A stretch of 64,000 bases of DNA from Candidatus Nanosyncoccus sp. Lineage in GTDB: Bacteria > Patescibacteriota > Saccharimonadia > Saccharimonadales > Saccharimonadaceae. The stretch is from the NCBI GenBank assembly GCA_045604885.1, contig JAZUOY010000015.1, positions 1,424 to 65,423 on the forward strand, written 5' to 3'. The notes below the pieces were generated by a model, which was not told the DNA's origin, searched no databases, and was given only the letters and a program-made list of their open reading frames with translations. How positions within the stretch are numbered: the first letter of the stretch is position 1; every line of letters starts with the position of its first letter. Shown here one piece after another: positions 1 to 9,704 of this stretch. The position numbers were made by a program, and so were the translations under genes.

Positions 1-1711
1 ATTAGGGCTCATGATAGTACTCGCTTTCCATAACAGTATGGATCCTCTCATGCTGGGTGGTGGTCTCTTGGTAACTTTCGCGGGGACAAGATCTGTAATC
101 ACACGAATCACGAGTTACGCCCTCGGTTGTTCTATAGTTGCAATATTTAACAGAATCGGCGGAGGCAATTTCACAAAAGCTGCGGATATTGGTTCTGACA
201 AAGTCGGAAAGATTGACTACGATTTGGAAGAAGACGATTCTAAAAATCCTTGCACTATCGCTGATAATGTAGGCGACAATGTTAATGATGTTGCAGGAAA
301 TGGTTCTGACCTGAATGAGAGTGCTATCAACTCAATCGCAGCGAGTATTGTGACACCACTTGTCACTTACTTAGTGACGGGATTAGCCAGTAGGGAAGCG
401 GTAATGGCGATGATTAACTATTGCGTTATACTATTTTTCATTGGCTTACTCGGTACGGTAGTGGGCGTAATCTTCGTATTGAATCACAAGCCGACTAAGG
501 TCGCAGCGCACGAGCTGGACATTATGAACTACTTCACCTATGGGGCAATTGCTATTGGTGGATTAATATTAACATTTGTTATCTTCCACAGTATAGAATT
601 ACCCAAAGAGTTCAGGTATGGTGAGATGTCAATTTGGTACTCATCTATGTTTGGCAATGTCTGCGCAATATTGGTAGCACTGCTGACGGAATATTACACC
701 AGTGGAGCATGCAAACCGACCCAGCGTTTGGCTTATGATGCTAAGAGTGGTGAAGCAGCTGTAGCGAGCGGAATGTTTGCTATCGGGCTGAAATCTACTT
801 TGCCAATTATGGCTACTATTGGTATGGCGATGGTAGGATGCTTCTATATGGGTGGTGGAGTAGGTGTTGCAATAGGTGCTGTAGCAGTATTAGCTTCAGT
901 AGCAGCGACTGTATCAGCGGATGCTTTTGGACCAATCGCGGATAATGCGGGAGGCATTGCAGAAATGTGTAAATTACCTGAATTTGTGCGTGCTATCACC
1001 GATGAACATGACGCAACTGGTAATACAAAGGCTGCTGTTGGAAAAGGTGCTGCAATAGAAGGTGCGGCTTTTGCAGCGACATCTATGTTAATATCTTTCA
1101 TTTATGGTTATCAAGCTGGTACTCCAGTTCTGAATATCGCTAATACGATTATTTTCGTGGGGACGATGATTGGTGTAGCTACTATTGCTTACTTCGCTGC
1201 TATTATTATTCAGGATACAAATGATTCTTCTGAGAAAATGGCGGAAAGCGCTAGAAGACAGCTCAAGGAACGTCCGGGTATTTTGGCTGGTACGGAAGAC
1301 CCGGATCATAAGGAATTGGTCAAATTAGCAACTAGAGAAGCGATGAAGAAAATGGCATTTCCGGCGCTCTTGGCTATCGTCGTATCGGCAAGTGCAGGTT
1401 GCTTATTCGGTCCGGCGTTCGCTGCGGCGGTTAATGCTGGCATGATCATCGTGGCAATTATGTTTGCGATCTTCTTCGGTGTATCTGGAGGAGCGGCAGA
1501 TAATGCCAAGAAGTTAATAGAAGCTGGTTTCCTCGGGCCCGAATTTGGCAAACATTCTGATGCGCACAAGGCTTCAGTTTGTGGCGACACAATCGGCGAT
1601 ATATTCAAAGATTGTGACGGTCCTGACATGGATGTAATAGTCAAGATTTCCATGACGGCATCCAACACGATGCTACCGATGTTCATGTCGGTGCAGTTGT
1701 TCCATATTTAA
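1..1711 (+). CDS. hppA: Membrane-integral cation-pumping pyrophosphatase (divergent), 5'-truncated by the window edge
   Basis: Motifs GGGNFTKAADIGSDKVGK, DNVGDNVNDVAG, DAFGPIADNAGGIAEM, GNTKAAVGKG and GDTIGDIFKD; many TM helices; the frame is open upstream of position 11 to the window edge. Confidence 0.93.
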   Translation, partial: LGLMIVLAFHNSMDPLMLGGGLLVTFAGTRSVITRITSYALGCSIVAIFNRIGGGNFTKAADIGSDKVGKIDYDLEEDDSKNPCTIADNVGDNVNDVAGNGSDLNESAINSIAASIVTPLVTYLVTGLASREAVMAMINYCVILFFIGLLGTVVGVIFVLNHKPTKVAAHELDIMNYFTYGAIAIGGLILTFVIFHSIELPKEFRYGEMSIWYSSMFGNVCAILVALLTEYYTSGACKPTQRLAYDAKSGEAAVASGMFAIGLKSTLPIMATIGMAMVGCFYMGGGVGVAIGAVAVLASVAATVSADAFGPIADNAGGIAEMCKLPEFVRAITDEHDATGNTKAAVGKGAAIEGAAFAATSMLISFIYGYQAGTPVLNIANTIIFVGTMIGVATIAYFAAIIIQDTNDSSEKMAESARRQLKERPGILAGTEDPDHKELVKLATREAMKKMAFPALLAIVVSASAGCLFGPAFAAAVNAGMIIVAIMFAIFFGVSGGAADNAKKLIEAGFLGPEFGKHSDAHKASVCGDTIGDIFKDCDGPDMDVIVKISMTASNTMLPMFMSVQLFHI

Positions 1712-1723
1712 TTCCCAATTACG

Positions 1724-1754
1724 TTGCCCCGAGCAGAAGCCCGGGGCAATTTTT
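1724..1754 (+). terminator. Intrinsic terminator after hppA
   Basis: ttgccccg...cggggcaa stem followed by ttttt. Confidence 0.8.
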
Positions 1755-1764
1755 GTTCAAAATC

Positions 1765-1839
1765 TGGTGATCTCTGCGAGAGTCGAACTCGCATTGACGG
1801 GATGAAAACCCGTTGTACTAACCGTTATACTAAGAGACC
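1765..1839 (-). tRNA. tRNA-Glu (TTC)
   Basis: Cloverleaf on the minus strand; anticodon arm ACGGG-TTTTCAT-CCCGT; TTCGA T-loop; CCA end. Confidence 0.96.
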
Positions 1840-1877
1840 ATGACAGTATTATAACAAAGAAACAGTGGAAATGCAAA

Positions 1878-2348
1878 TTAACTTGCGTTCCACCAACAAT
1901 CATAAGTGTATTTTACTTCGTAGTCGGTTTTGCCATAAGGAGGGTAAGGGAAAATCTGAATGGAGGTATGATTAGTGTTACAGAAGTACTGTCCGTCAAA
2001 ATAACCTCTGTAATCAGCATGCCTTCCATTATCGAAAAGCAACAATTCGCGGAGGTAAATCCTCTGGAAACCATAATCATGGTAGGTCAAAAAAGCCGTC
2101 GCGTAATCTTCTTCCGGTAAGCCTGAAACGAAAATATCATAATAATAATTCTCGTAATAATCCTTGGCGAGTTCCTCTATCTTCTCTTCCGCAACTCTTT
2201 CTGGATTGAAAATGGCGTGCGCCCCCAAGTTAAAAAACACTAGACAAATGCAGAGAATAATCGCGAAAGTCGTAAATTTGCGCATAAAAGGCTCCAGCGG
2301 AAAATTAAGAGGCTCCGCCTTGTATGGATATGAATAATACCTCCGCAT
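1878..2348 (-). CDS. Hypothetical protein with N-terminal TM helix
   Basis: 156-aa ORF with hydrophobic FAIILCICLVFFNLG segment and a Tyr-rich outer part. Confidence 0.75.
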   Translation of the reverse strand: MRRYYSYPYKAEPLNFPLEPFMRKFTTFAIILCICLVFFNLGAHAIFNPERVAEEKIEELAKDYYENYYYDIFVSGLPEEDYATAFLTYHDYGFQRIYLRELLLFDNGRHADYRGYFDGQYFCNTNHTSIQIFPYPPYGKTDYEVKYTYDCWWNAS

Positions 2349-2420
2349 GATAAGACTATTTTAACATAAAAATTTTTCAGAATACAATAAAAACAAATAC
2401 CCTTATGATATAATCAAGTT

Positions 2421-3854
2421 ATGAGTAAACTATTTAAACGAACAAAGATTCTGGCGACGATTGGACCAGCCACTTTCACGGAAGAAAAGATAGAAGAATT
2501 GATTATGGCTGGGGTGAACGGCTGTAGGCTGAATTTCTCGCATGGTAATTATCAAGAACGTGATCAGCAAATTGAATGGATCAGAAAAGCTGCCACGAAA
2601 AAAGGTCGCTCTGTAGCGATTGTTCAAGATTTACAAGGTCCAAAAATTCGTCTTGGTGAAATTAAAAATAATCACCTAGATTTACACACGGGTGATGAAC
2701 TAATTTTGGATCATGCTTGTGTAGAGCATGACGGGGGTAATATCGTACCTGTACAGTACAATCTAGCAGAAAAAGTCAAAGTAGGTGAGTCGCTTTCTAT
2801 GTTTGATGGTAAAGTCAAATCTACTGTTACGGAAATTGTGAGCAAAACTGCCATTAAGGTAAAAATTGAGAACGACGGTTTTATTATGAGTCACAAGGGT
2901 CTTAATCTGCCAGATACAGACTTTGGCGGTGATATTATCACGGAAAAAGACATGGCGGATATTGAGTTTGGTGCTTCACGCGATTTTGACTATGTAGCAC
3001 TATCTTTTGTGCAGAGCGCTGACGACATAGAAAAGTTACGCCAAATTTTACTCAGTCATGGCTCCTCCGCTCAAATTATTGCCAAGATTGAGACTAAGAA
3101 AGCCATAGAGTCAGATGAGGCAATGGAAGCAATCGTCAAAGCTACAGATGGTATTATGGTGGCGAGAGGTGATATGGCGGTAGAAGCTGGGGCAGAGGTA
3201 GTACCGATTGTCCAGCGCAAGCTGATCGCAATGTGCCGTGAGCATAGTAAATTATGTATCGTAGCAACACAGATGATGGGGTCAATGGTGGATAATCCTG
3301 AGCCGTCACGTGCAGAGGTGTCTGATGTAGCAAATGCCGTGATCCAGGGCGCGGACGTCGTGATGCTATCGGATGAGACCGCTAATGGTAAATACCCAGT
3401 AGAAGCGGTGAAAGCCATGAAAAAGGTGATTTTGTATACGCAAAATCACGCTCATGTTTCTCCGATTAATCATGATGTAACTGGCGAGTTCAAAAATTAC
3501 GATGTTATCGCAGAAGGGGTAGTTAAGTTAGCAGAAAAAATTGATGCCGATGTAATTGTTTGTCAAACAGCTTCAGGCGCAACGGCGGCGGCAATTGCTG
3601 CACAGCGTCCGACTTTACCAATCGTAACTGTCACCAGTAGCAATAGAGTGGCGGGGCAATTGGCTCTTGCATATGCCAATTCGGCTTTCGTGCGAAGTTA
3701 CTCAGAAAATTACGGCTTGGATTTGGCGCAAGAACTGAAAGAAAATGGATATTTACAGGTTCGTGAAGGACACGAAGATATTTTAGCAGTTATCATGTCT
3801 GGGCATAAGGATACTGCGGGTGGTACAGATACAATCAAGATAGTTCGTATATAA
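2421..3854 (+). CDS. pyk: Pyruvate kinase
   Basis: RTKILATIGPA, RLNFSHG, DLQGPKIR, MVARGD, MLSDETA motifs. Confidence 0.98.
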   Translation: MSKLFKRTKILATIGPATFTEEKIEELIMAGVNGCRLNFSHGNYQERDQQIEWIRKAATKKGRSVAIVQDLQGPKIRLGEIKNNHLDLHTGDELILDHACVEHDGGNIVPVQYNLAEKVKVGESLSMFDGKVKSTVTEIVSKTAIKVKIENDGFIMSHKGLNLPDTDFGGDIITEKDMADIEFGASRDFDYVALSFVQSADDIEKLRQILLSHGSSAQIIAKIETKKAIESDEAMEAIVKATDGIMVARGDMAVEAGAEVVPIVQRKLIAMCREHSKLCIVATQMMGSMVDNPEPSRAEVSDVANAVIQGADVVMLSDETANGKYPVEAVKAMKKVILYTQNHAHVSPINHDVTGEFKNYDVIAEGVVKLAEKIDADVIVCQTASGATAAAIAAQRPTLPIVTVTSSNRVAGQLALAYANSAFVRSYSENYGLDLAQELKENGYLQVREGHEDILAVIMSGHKDTAGGTDTIKIVRI

Positions 3855-3875
3855 TGATGAATAATTGGAGGTAAT

Positions 3876-4961
3876 ATGTTTCACAAAGAAAGTCTAGAAA
3901 ATACAAAAGTCCGTAATCAAACCGTGCTAGTTCGTGTTGACTATAATGTACCGATGAAAGATGGGAAAGTAACAGATGATCTACGTATCAGGGCCAGTTT
4001 GCCGACAATTGAGCTACTGGAGAAAAAAGGTGCTAGACGTATTGTTCTGATGTCGCATTTGGGTAGACCGAAAGGAGAAAAGCATCCAGAATTATCATTG
4101 GCACCCGTCGCAGAAAGGCTAAAACGGCTTTTGCCAGAGAGGAAGGTGTTTTTTGTAGCAGATGTTTCTGGGCCAGATGTGGAGGAGGCAGTAGAAAAAT
4201 TACCAGTTGGAGGGATTCTATTATTGGAGAATTTACGCTTCTTCCTCGGAGAAGAGGCTAACTCGTCAGACTTTGCAAGAGAAATTGCCGAGTCTACCCA
4301 TGCGGATATTTTTGTTCAAGATGGCTTTGCAGTGGTCCATCGGGCGCATGCATCTACCTCTGCGATTACCTCAGAATTACCTTCTGTGGCAGGGCTATTA
4401 TTAGAGAAGGAAGTAACCACTTTGCAGACAATTTTGGAGAAGCCAGCACATCCCTTTATAGTTGTAATTGGTGGAGCAAAAGTTGATGATAAACAGCCTC
4501 TGATTGACAAATTCTCTAAAATTGCCGATAAAATCGTCGTAGGAGGCAAGATTGCCGCAGATGGCTATACTAGCTCACATGAGAATGTCTATGTCGCAGA
4601 AGACTTCAGAGAGGCTACAGAGGGGGAAGATGCCGGAAAAAAGCTGGATATTGGACCGATTTCCTCTGAGAAAATCTGTGATCTCTGTAAAAATGCTAGA
4701 ACTGTCCTCTGGAATGGGCTGCTAGGAGCCGCAGAAAGGCCAGAATTTGCCATTTCTTCGCAAGAGTTGGCAGAGACACTAGGTAGAGCAGAAAAGCTTA
4801 CTAGTATCATCTGTGGAGGCGATACGACCGGTTTTGTAGAAAATTTACAGAAAAATGAGCCAGATTTGCATTATTCGTTAATTTCTACTGGTGGTGGGGC
4901 AGCACTAGAACTTCTCTCAGGAGTGGAATTGCCAGGTATAGAGGCGCTAGACAATAAATAG
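3876..4961 (+). CDS. pgk: Phosphoglycerate kinase
   Basis: VRVDYNVP, SHLGRPKG, LLENLRF, HRAHAS, GGAKV, ISTGGGA motifs. Confidence 0.98.
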   Translation: MFHKESLENTKVRNQTVLVRVDYNVPMKDGKVTDDLRIRASLPTIELLEKKGARRIVLMSHLGRPKGEKHPELSLAPVAERLKRLLPERKVFFVADVSGPDVEEAVEKLPVGGILLLENLRFFLGEEANSSDFAREIAESTHADIFVQDGFAVVHRAHASTSAITSELPSVAGLLLEKEVTTLQTILEKPAHPFIVVIGGAKVDDKQPLIDKFSKIADKIVVGGKIAADGYTSSHENVYVAEDFREATEGEDAGKKLDIGPISSEKICDLCKNARTVLWNGLLGAAERPEFAISSQELAETLGRAEKLTSIICGGDTTGFVENLQKNEPDLHYSLISTGGGAALELLSGVELPGIEALDNK

Positions 4962-5084
4962 CCTTTTTTCTATCATTTTTTGCTAAAACGTGCTATAATG
5001 TAATTACTAGATTATTACTTGTATCGTTTTTCTCCCTGAGGTAAGGGAAAAACCTGCATATTTTACAAAAAAGAAGGATTTTTT

Positions 5085-7229
5085 ATGAATAAACAAGAAC
5101 AAGAGCGTCGTGCAAAATTGTTGGCGACGGCTAGAGAGAGGATCCCAGGGATCAAGGAACAGTTTGAAGAGGCACAAAATCGGCATTTTAACAGCAATTT
5201 TGAGCCAGGTGGTAAGGATGCCCACTTAGTAGGAAGCGGCCGTAAAACGGCCTCTAAAGGAGCAAAGAGGGCAAAACCTACTCAGAAAACCGCTAAAAAT
5301 ACTAAAAAATCAGATAATAATCAGAAAAAGGTGGATGCGTCTGCAAAAGTTTCTCTTTCGGTTTCTACTCGCAAGGGAGAAATGGTGCATCACCAGAAGA
5401 TGTTATCTCAGGACGTTAATGCACAAGCCACTCAGCATATTATCGGTGTACCAGTGAACAAATCACGCTACAATGGTTATAACGGTGCTCAAGTGACTAA
5501 TGCGATGTTGAAATCTGCTCGTCCTGATCCAGAATCTGTCAAAATTATTCCAATTGGGGGTGTTGGCGAGTTTGGTATTGGTAAAAATATGACGATCATA
5601 GAATACAAAGGTGAAATGATTGTGATTGATATGGGTGTACTCTTTGCTGGAAGTGATTATCCAGGGGTGAATTACATGATCCCGGATATTAAATTCCTAG
5701 AGGACAACAGGGATAAGGTAAAAGCTCTACTCTTTACACATGCTCACCTTGACCATATTGGGGCATGCCGTCATCTGTTGCCGAAATTTAACCCTTTAAC
5801 ACCAATTTACGGTACTGATTTTACAATTGGCATGATTAAGAAACAGATGAGCGAGTTGGATGATGAACCAGATCTTAATTACAATGTAGTGGATCCATTT
5901 AAGCACGAGAAGATTCAGGTTTCTGAGCATCTTTCTGTAGAATTTATCCATGTTCTACATTCTATTCCTGGTAGTACTGCGATTGTTGTGCGCACACCTA
6001 ATGGTTTAATTTATTTTTCTGGAGACTGGCGTCATGAAGAGAATCCTTATGGCAGACAGACCGACTACGAGCGGATAGATGAAATTGCCAAAAATGAAGG
6101 TATAGACCTGATGTTTAATGAGTCAACTAACATTGACTCTCCTGGACATCATCCTCATTCTGAGTATGATGTCGGTGATAATTTAGGGAAAGTGATGGAT
6201 CATTATGCGGACGGTCGGGTGATAATTTCCTGTTTCTCTTCTCAAGTATCCCGAATTGAGTCCACTCTGCGTGAAGCGGCGAAGCGTGGTCGCAAGGTAG
6301 CATTTGCTGGTTTCTCCATGATTAACAATGTTGAGGTGGCACTCAGAACCAAAGAAATCAAAGCGCCAAAAGACACCATCATGAAGATGGAAGACATTAT
6401 TAAACTACCAGATGATAAGATCACAATTGTCTGTACTGGTTCTCAAGGGGAATTGAATGCCGTGCTGAATCGTATGGTAACTGGAGCACATAAATACATC
6501 AAGATTAAAGCGACTGATACAGTTGTATTTTCGTCTAACCCAATTCCAGGTAATGAGCCGCATGTCGTCAATACGGTAGATGGTCTTTTGCGAGAAGGCG
6601 CACAGGTTATCCAAAATGGTAAGACGCACCTAACCAACATTGGTCCATTACACCTTTCCGGACATGCTTACTATGAGGACCATGTAGATTTTGTAACGCG
6701 TTTGCAACCAAAAAATTACTGTCCTTATCATGGCGAATTTTATATGTTGCAACATAATGCAGAAATGGCGGAAAATGTAATTGGTATTCCGCGAGATCAG
6801 ATTATCGTGTCTGACGATGGCGATATTATTGAGTTTACAAAGGACAAAAAAATCAAAAAGAATGGTCGTGTACACGCTGGCAATAAACTTTATGATGATG
6901 CTGATCAGCCTGTGCATGAGGCGGTAGTAAAAGATCGTATTCATATTTCGCGCGAGGGGATTTTTGTGATTGTCTTAACAATCAGTAAAAAGACTGGTCG
7001 TCTAGTCAAGACTCCAGATATTGTCTCACGGGCATTTATTTATTTGGATAATTCAGAGGATTTAATTGGTAAGATTCGGCATTATTTGCGTGTTAAGGCG
7101 GAGAAGACTGTTTCTTCTGATCCGGCCATGAAAGACCTTAAAGAAGAGATAAAAGAAGATGTAACGCACATTCTTTATGATGCTACGGGGCATACGCCGA
7201 TTGTGATTCCAGTTATCAACAAAGTATGA
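5085..7229 (+). CDS. rnj: Ribonuclease J with a basic N-terminal extension
   Basis: THAHLDHIGA metallo-beta-lactamase motif, SGDW, GSQGE, HLSGHA, PIVIPVI C-terminus. Confidence 0.96.
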   Translation: MNKQEQERRAKLLATARERIPGIKEQFEEAQNRHFNSNFEPGGKDAHLVGSGRKTASKGAKRAKPTQKTAKNTKKSDNNQKKVDASAKVSLSVSTRKGEMVHHQKMLSQDVNAQATQHIIGVPVNKSRYNGYNGAQVTNAMLKSARPDPESVKIIPIGGVGEFGIGKNMTIIEYKGEMIVIDMGVLFAGSDYPGVNYMIPDIKFLEDNRDKVKALLFTHAHLDHIGACRHLLPKFNPLTPIYGTDFTIGMIKKQMSELDDEPDLNYNVVDPFKHEKIQVSEHLSVEFIHVLHSIPGSTAIVVRTPNGLIYFSGDWRHEENPYGRQTDYERIDEIAKNEGIDLMFNESTNIDSPGHHPHSEYDVGDNLGKVMDHYADGRVIISCFSSQVSRIESTLREAAKRGRKVAFAGFSMINNVEVALRTKEIKAPKDTIMKMEDIIKLPDDKITIVCTGSQGELNAVLNRMVTGAHKYIKIKATDTVVFSSNPIPGNEPHVVNTVDGLLREGAQVIQNGKTHLTNIGPLHLSGHAYYEDHVDFVTRLQPKNYCPYHGEFYMLQHNAEMAENVIGIPRDQIIVSDDGDIIEFTKDKKIKKNGRVHAGNKLYDDADQPVHEAVVKDRIHISREGIFVIVLTISKKTGRLVKTPDIVSRAFIYLDNSEDLIGKIRHYLRVKAEKTVSSDPAMKDLKEEIKEDVTHILYDATGHTPIVIPVINKV

Positions 7230-7261
7230 TATTATAGATATAACGTAAGAGGTTATATTAA

Positions 7262-8791
7262 ATGAATAGAGTAAAAAAATTTGTTACGGCGATGGTGCTA
7301 GCGTTGATAAGTTTGTTGTTGCCAGTTACTCAAGTGAGCGTTTATGCTGAGCCGACTTCGCCAAGTTCGGATCCTGCCCACAATGCTAGTGCGGGTATTA
7401 CTGTTACGGCTGGTACAGGTACTTATGCGATTTCGCGGCAGAATCCTGTCACGGGTGAGCCGGTGATAGTAAACGAGCCTTATGATGAGGGAGGAGAAAT
7501 CTACATTAATGATACAATGTGGGACCATAATGCGAACCTTGAGTATGACGTAGCACCTGGTGATACTACAGTCAATTTTACATTTGAAACGTTTTGGAAC
7601 GAAAGATTCTATGATGACATCATCATCAATGATGTTCCATATATGGTGGCAGATTATTTAGACTTTGACGATAGAGATGAGTGGTTATTAGCAAACCATG
7701 GTACTCAGTTAATTGCTTTTACAATTCCTGGAGTAGCTAAGGCTGATAATTATAATGTCGTAGTCAAGCACGGAGAGAATAATGGCACCAGATGGAATGC
7801 TACCTTCCTTTGGACTGCTGATCCTGCGCAAGCAGGTGGCTTTGACTATATTGGTCATTCCACATTAGAATTTGTCAAAGCAGAATATACCGTAGCTAGC
7901 ACTAATTATGTAGTGACAGAAGACGATATTGCTACCGATGTTACGCGTGACGGTGGTCGGTATGTCTTTAACTCGCCTGATGGTTATATGAGCTACATGA
8001 GGTTGGCAGATGTAAATTATGATGACGGTGGTGTTACCCTGCCAGGCGGTGCTAAAGTTACCATGCGTGTTGTTCCGGAATACGGTTATCAGGTAACCAG
8101 TGTTAATGGCGGCTCTGATTTTGCCACTACGGATGCTGATGTTTCTGAGTTTACCGTTACGGTAGGTAATGGCGAAGCAGGATATTTCCAGGCTGAGGTT
8201 ACATTTATTGGTGATGAGGTAACGGCTAACTCAGAGAAAGTTACAAGTGGCACAGTGGTGATTGCTGATGGAGAGTTTGATTCCGGTACGGTTCAGTTGA
8301 CAGTTGATGATGTTGAATTAAATCAAGATAAGACGAATGATTTTGAGGAAGCGGCAGGCAACTACCAGATTAAGTCATATCTTGATATCAATTTGAGCAA
8401 AGTCCTATATAAAGGTTCTGAAGATAGTACTGATATTTGGGAAGAACAGGTTCATCATCTGAGCAACAAGGCCTTAGTCTCGCTCCAGCTAGAAGACGGA
8501 ATAGATGGTAATGATATTGTAATTGTTCACAATATTGATGATGGTGACGAATATGAGGTAATAGAAATAGAATCTTATGATCCGACCACTAATACGATCA
8601 CTTTTTGGACGGATAGCTTCTCTAATTATGCCATTGCGGCACGTACGGTAGTTTCTCCAGATACTGGCTATATGAGTAAAAAGGCTGAAGTAATTTCATG
8701 CGTAGAATCTTCATTTTCAGTGGCGACAGTATTTGTTGCTACCGTTATTGTCGCTAGTGCATGGCTAGTGTTTAGGACAAACAAGAAATAA
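7262..8791 (+). CDS. Secreted acidic cell-surface protein with a C-terminal sortase-like anchor (SPDTG + TM + basic tail)
   Basis: Signal peptide; Asp/Thr-rich beta-type body; VSPDTG followed by a hydrophobic helix and RTNKK. Confidence 0.8.
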   Translation: MNRVKKFVTAMVLALISLLLPVTQVSVYAEPTSPSSDPAHNASAGITVTAGTGTYAISRQNPVTGEPVIVNEPYDEGGEIYINDTMWDHNANLEYDVAPGDTTVNFTFETFWNERFYDDIIINDVPYMVADYLDFDDRDEWLLANHGTQLIAFTIPGVAKADNYNVVVKHGENNGTRWNATFLWTADPAQAGGFDYIGHSTLEFVKAEYTVASTNYVVTEDDIATDVTRDGGRYVFNSPDGYMSYMRLADVNYDDGGVTLPGGAKVTMRVVPEYGYQVTSVNGGSDFATTDADVSEFTVTVGNGEAGYFQAEVTFIGDEVTANSEKVTSGTVVIADGEFDSGTVQLTVDDVELNQDKTNDFEEAAGNYQIKSYLDINLSKVLYKGSEDSTDIWEEQVHHLSNKALVSLQLEDGIDGNDIVIVHNIDDGDEYEVIEIESYDPTTNTITFWTDSFSNYAIAARTVVSPDTGYMSKKAEVISCVESSFSVATVFVATVIVASAWLVFRTNKK

Positions 8792-8823
8792 AATAATGCC
8801 CTACAGGCATTCTTTTATTTCTA

Positions 8824-8910
8824 TGGTCCCCGAGACTGGACTCGAACCAGCACATCCTTACGGACACTAGCACCTGAAGCTAGCGCGTCTACCAATTCCG
8901 CCACTCGGGG
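8824..8910 (-). tRNA. tRNA-Leu (CAG)
   Basis: Anticodon arm CTAGC-TTCAGGT-GCTAG, long variable arm, CCA end. Confidence 0.96.
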
Positions 8911-8933
8911 ACATACGATTATTTTAACATATT

Positions 8934-9704
8934 TCAGAGGTAATAGCTACTCAATTTTTGCCAATCAGTTAAACTAAGATCTGACGGTCTAACATTTGTA
9001 GAGAGACCAATTTCTGTGAAGATTTTTTTTGCCTCATCTTTGGACTTTTGGCCTAAGTTTTTGATTAATTTTTTGCGAGGAGCGGCAAATCCACGTCTGA
9101 TTAAGAGGAAGATCTCTGGTGATATTTGGGGCTGTGATAACGGTGAAATGATTATAATCCTACTATCCACTTTTGGAGCTGGCGTGAAAAGTTCTTTTTT
9201 AACTATTGGTCCGAGAATTACGGTAGCTTTATTTTGAACAAAAAGTGATAATAAACTATGATCCCCCTTTTGTGCGGCAATACGTTCAGCGACTTCCTTT
9301 TGTACCAAGAGAACTATTCGCTCTGGTTGGTTTGGAGTGGAGAGCAATTTCTCTATGATTGGAGAGGTAATATAATAGGGAATATTGCCAGCTACAATAT
9401 ATGGTGGTCTAATCAAATTAGTATCCTCCAGATTAAATTGTAAAAAATCTTCGTTGATGACAGTGAGATTTTTGCCAGGAAAAGACTTTGGGAGGTTTCG
9501 TGCTAGTTTTTCGTCGTATTCAACTGCAACTACCCTAGAAAAAACTTTTAGCAGACTAGATGTGAGAGTGCCAAGTCCTGGTCCAATCTCCAGACAAAGC
9601 GAAATGTCCTGGGTATCATTTTTCGCTAAGTTTGCGATTATATCTAGTGTAGTTCTGTCTTTGAGCCAATTTTGCCCGAGCGATTTTTTATTTTGAAGTG
9701 CCAT
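8934..9704 (-). CDS. rsmA: 16S rRNA adenine dimethyltransferase
   Basis: KKSLGQNWL, EIGPGLG, GNIPYYITSPI, VQKEVAERI motifs. Confidence 0.97.
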   Translation of the reverse strand: MALQNKKSLGQNWLKDRTTLDIIANLAKNDTQDISLCLEIGPGLGTLTSSLLKVFSRVVAVEYDEKLARNLPKSFPGKNLTVINEDFLQFNLEDTNLIRPPYIVAGNIPYYITSPIIEKLLSTPNQPERIVLLVQKEVAERIAAQKGDHSLLSLFVQNKATVILGPIVKKELFTPAPKVDSRIIIISPLSQPQISPEIFLLIRRGFAAPRKKLIKNLGQKSKDEAKKIFTEIGLSTNVRPSDLSLTDWQKLSSYYL

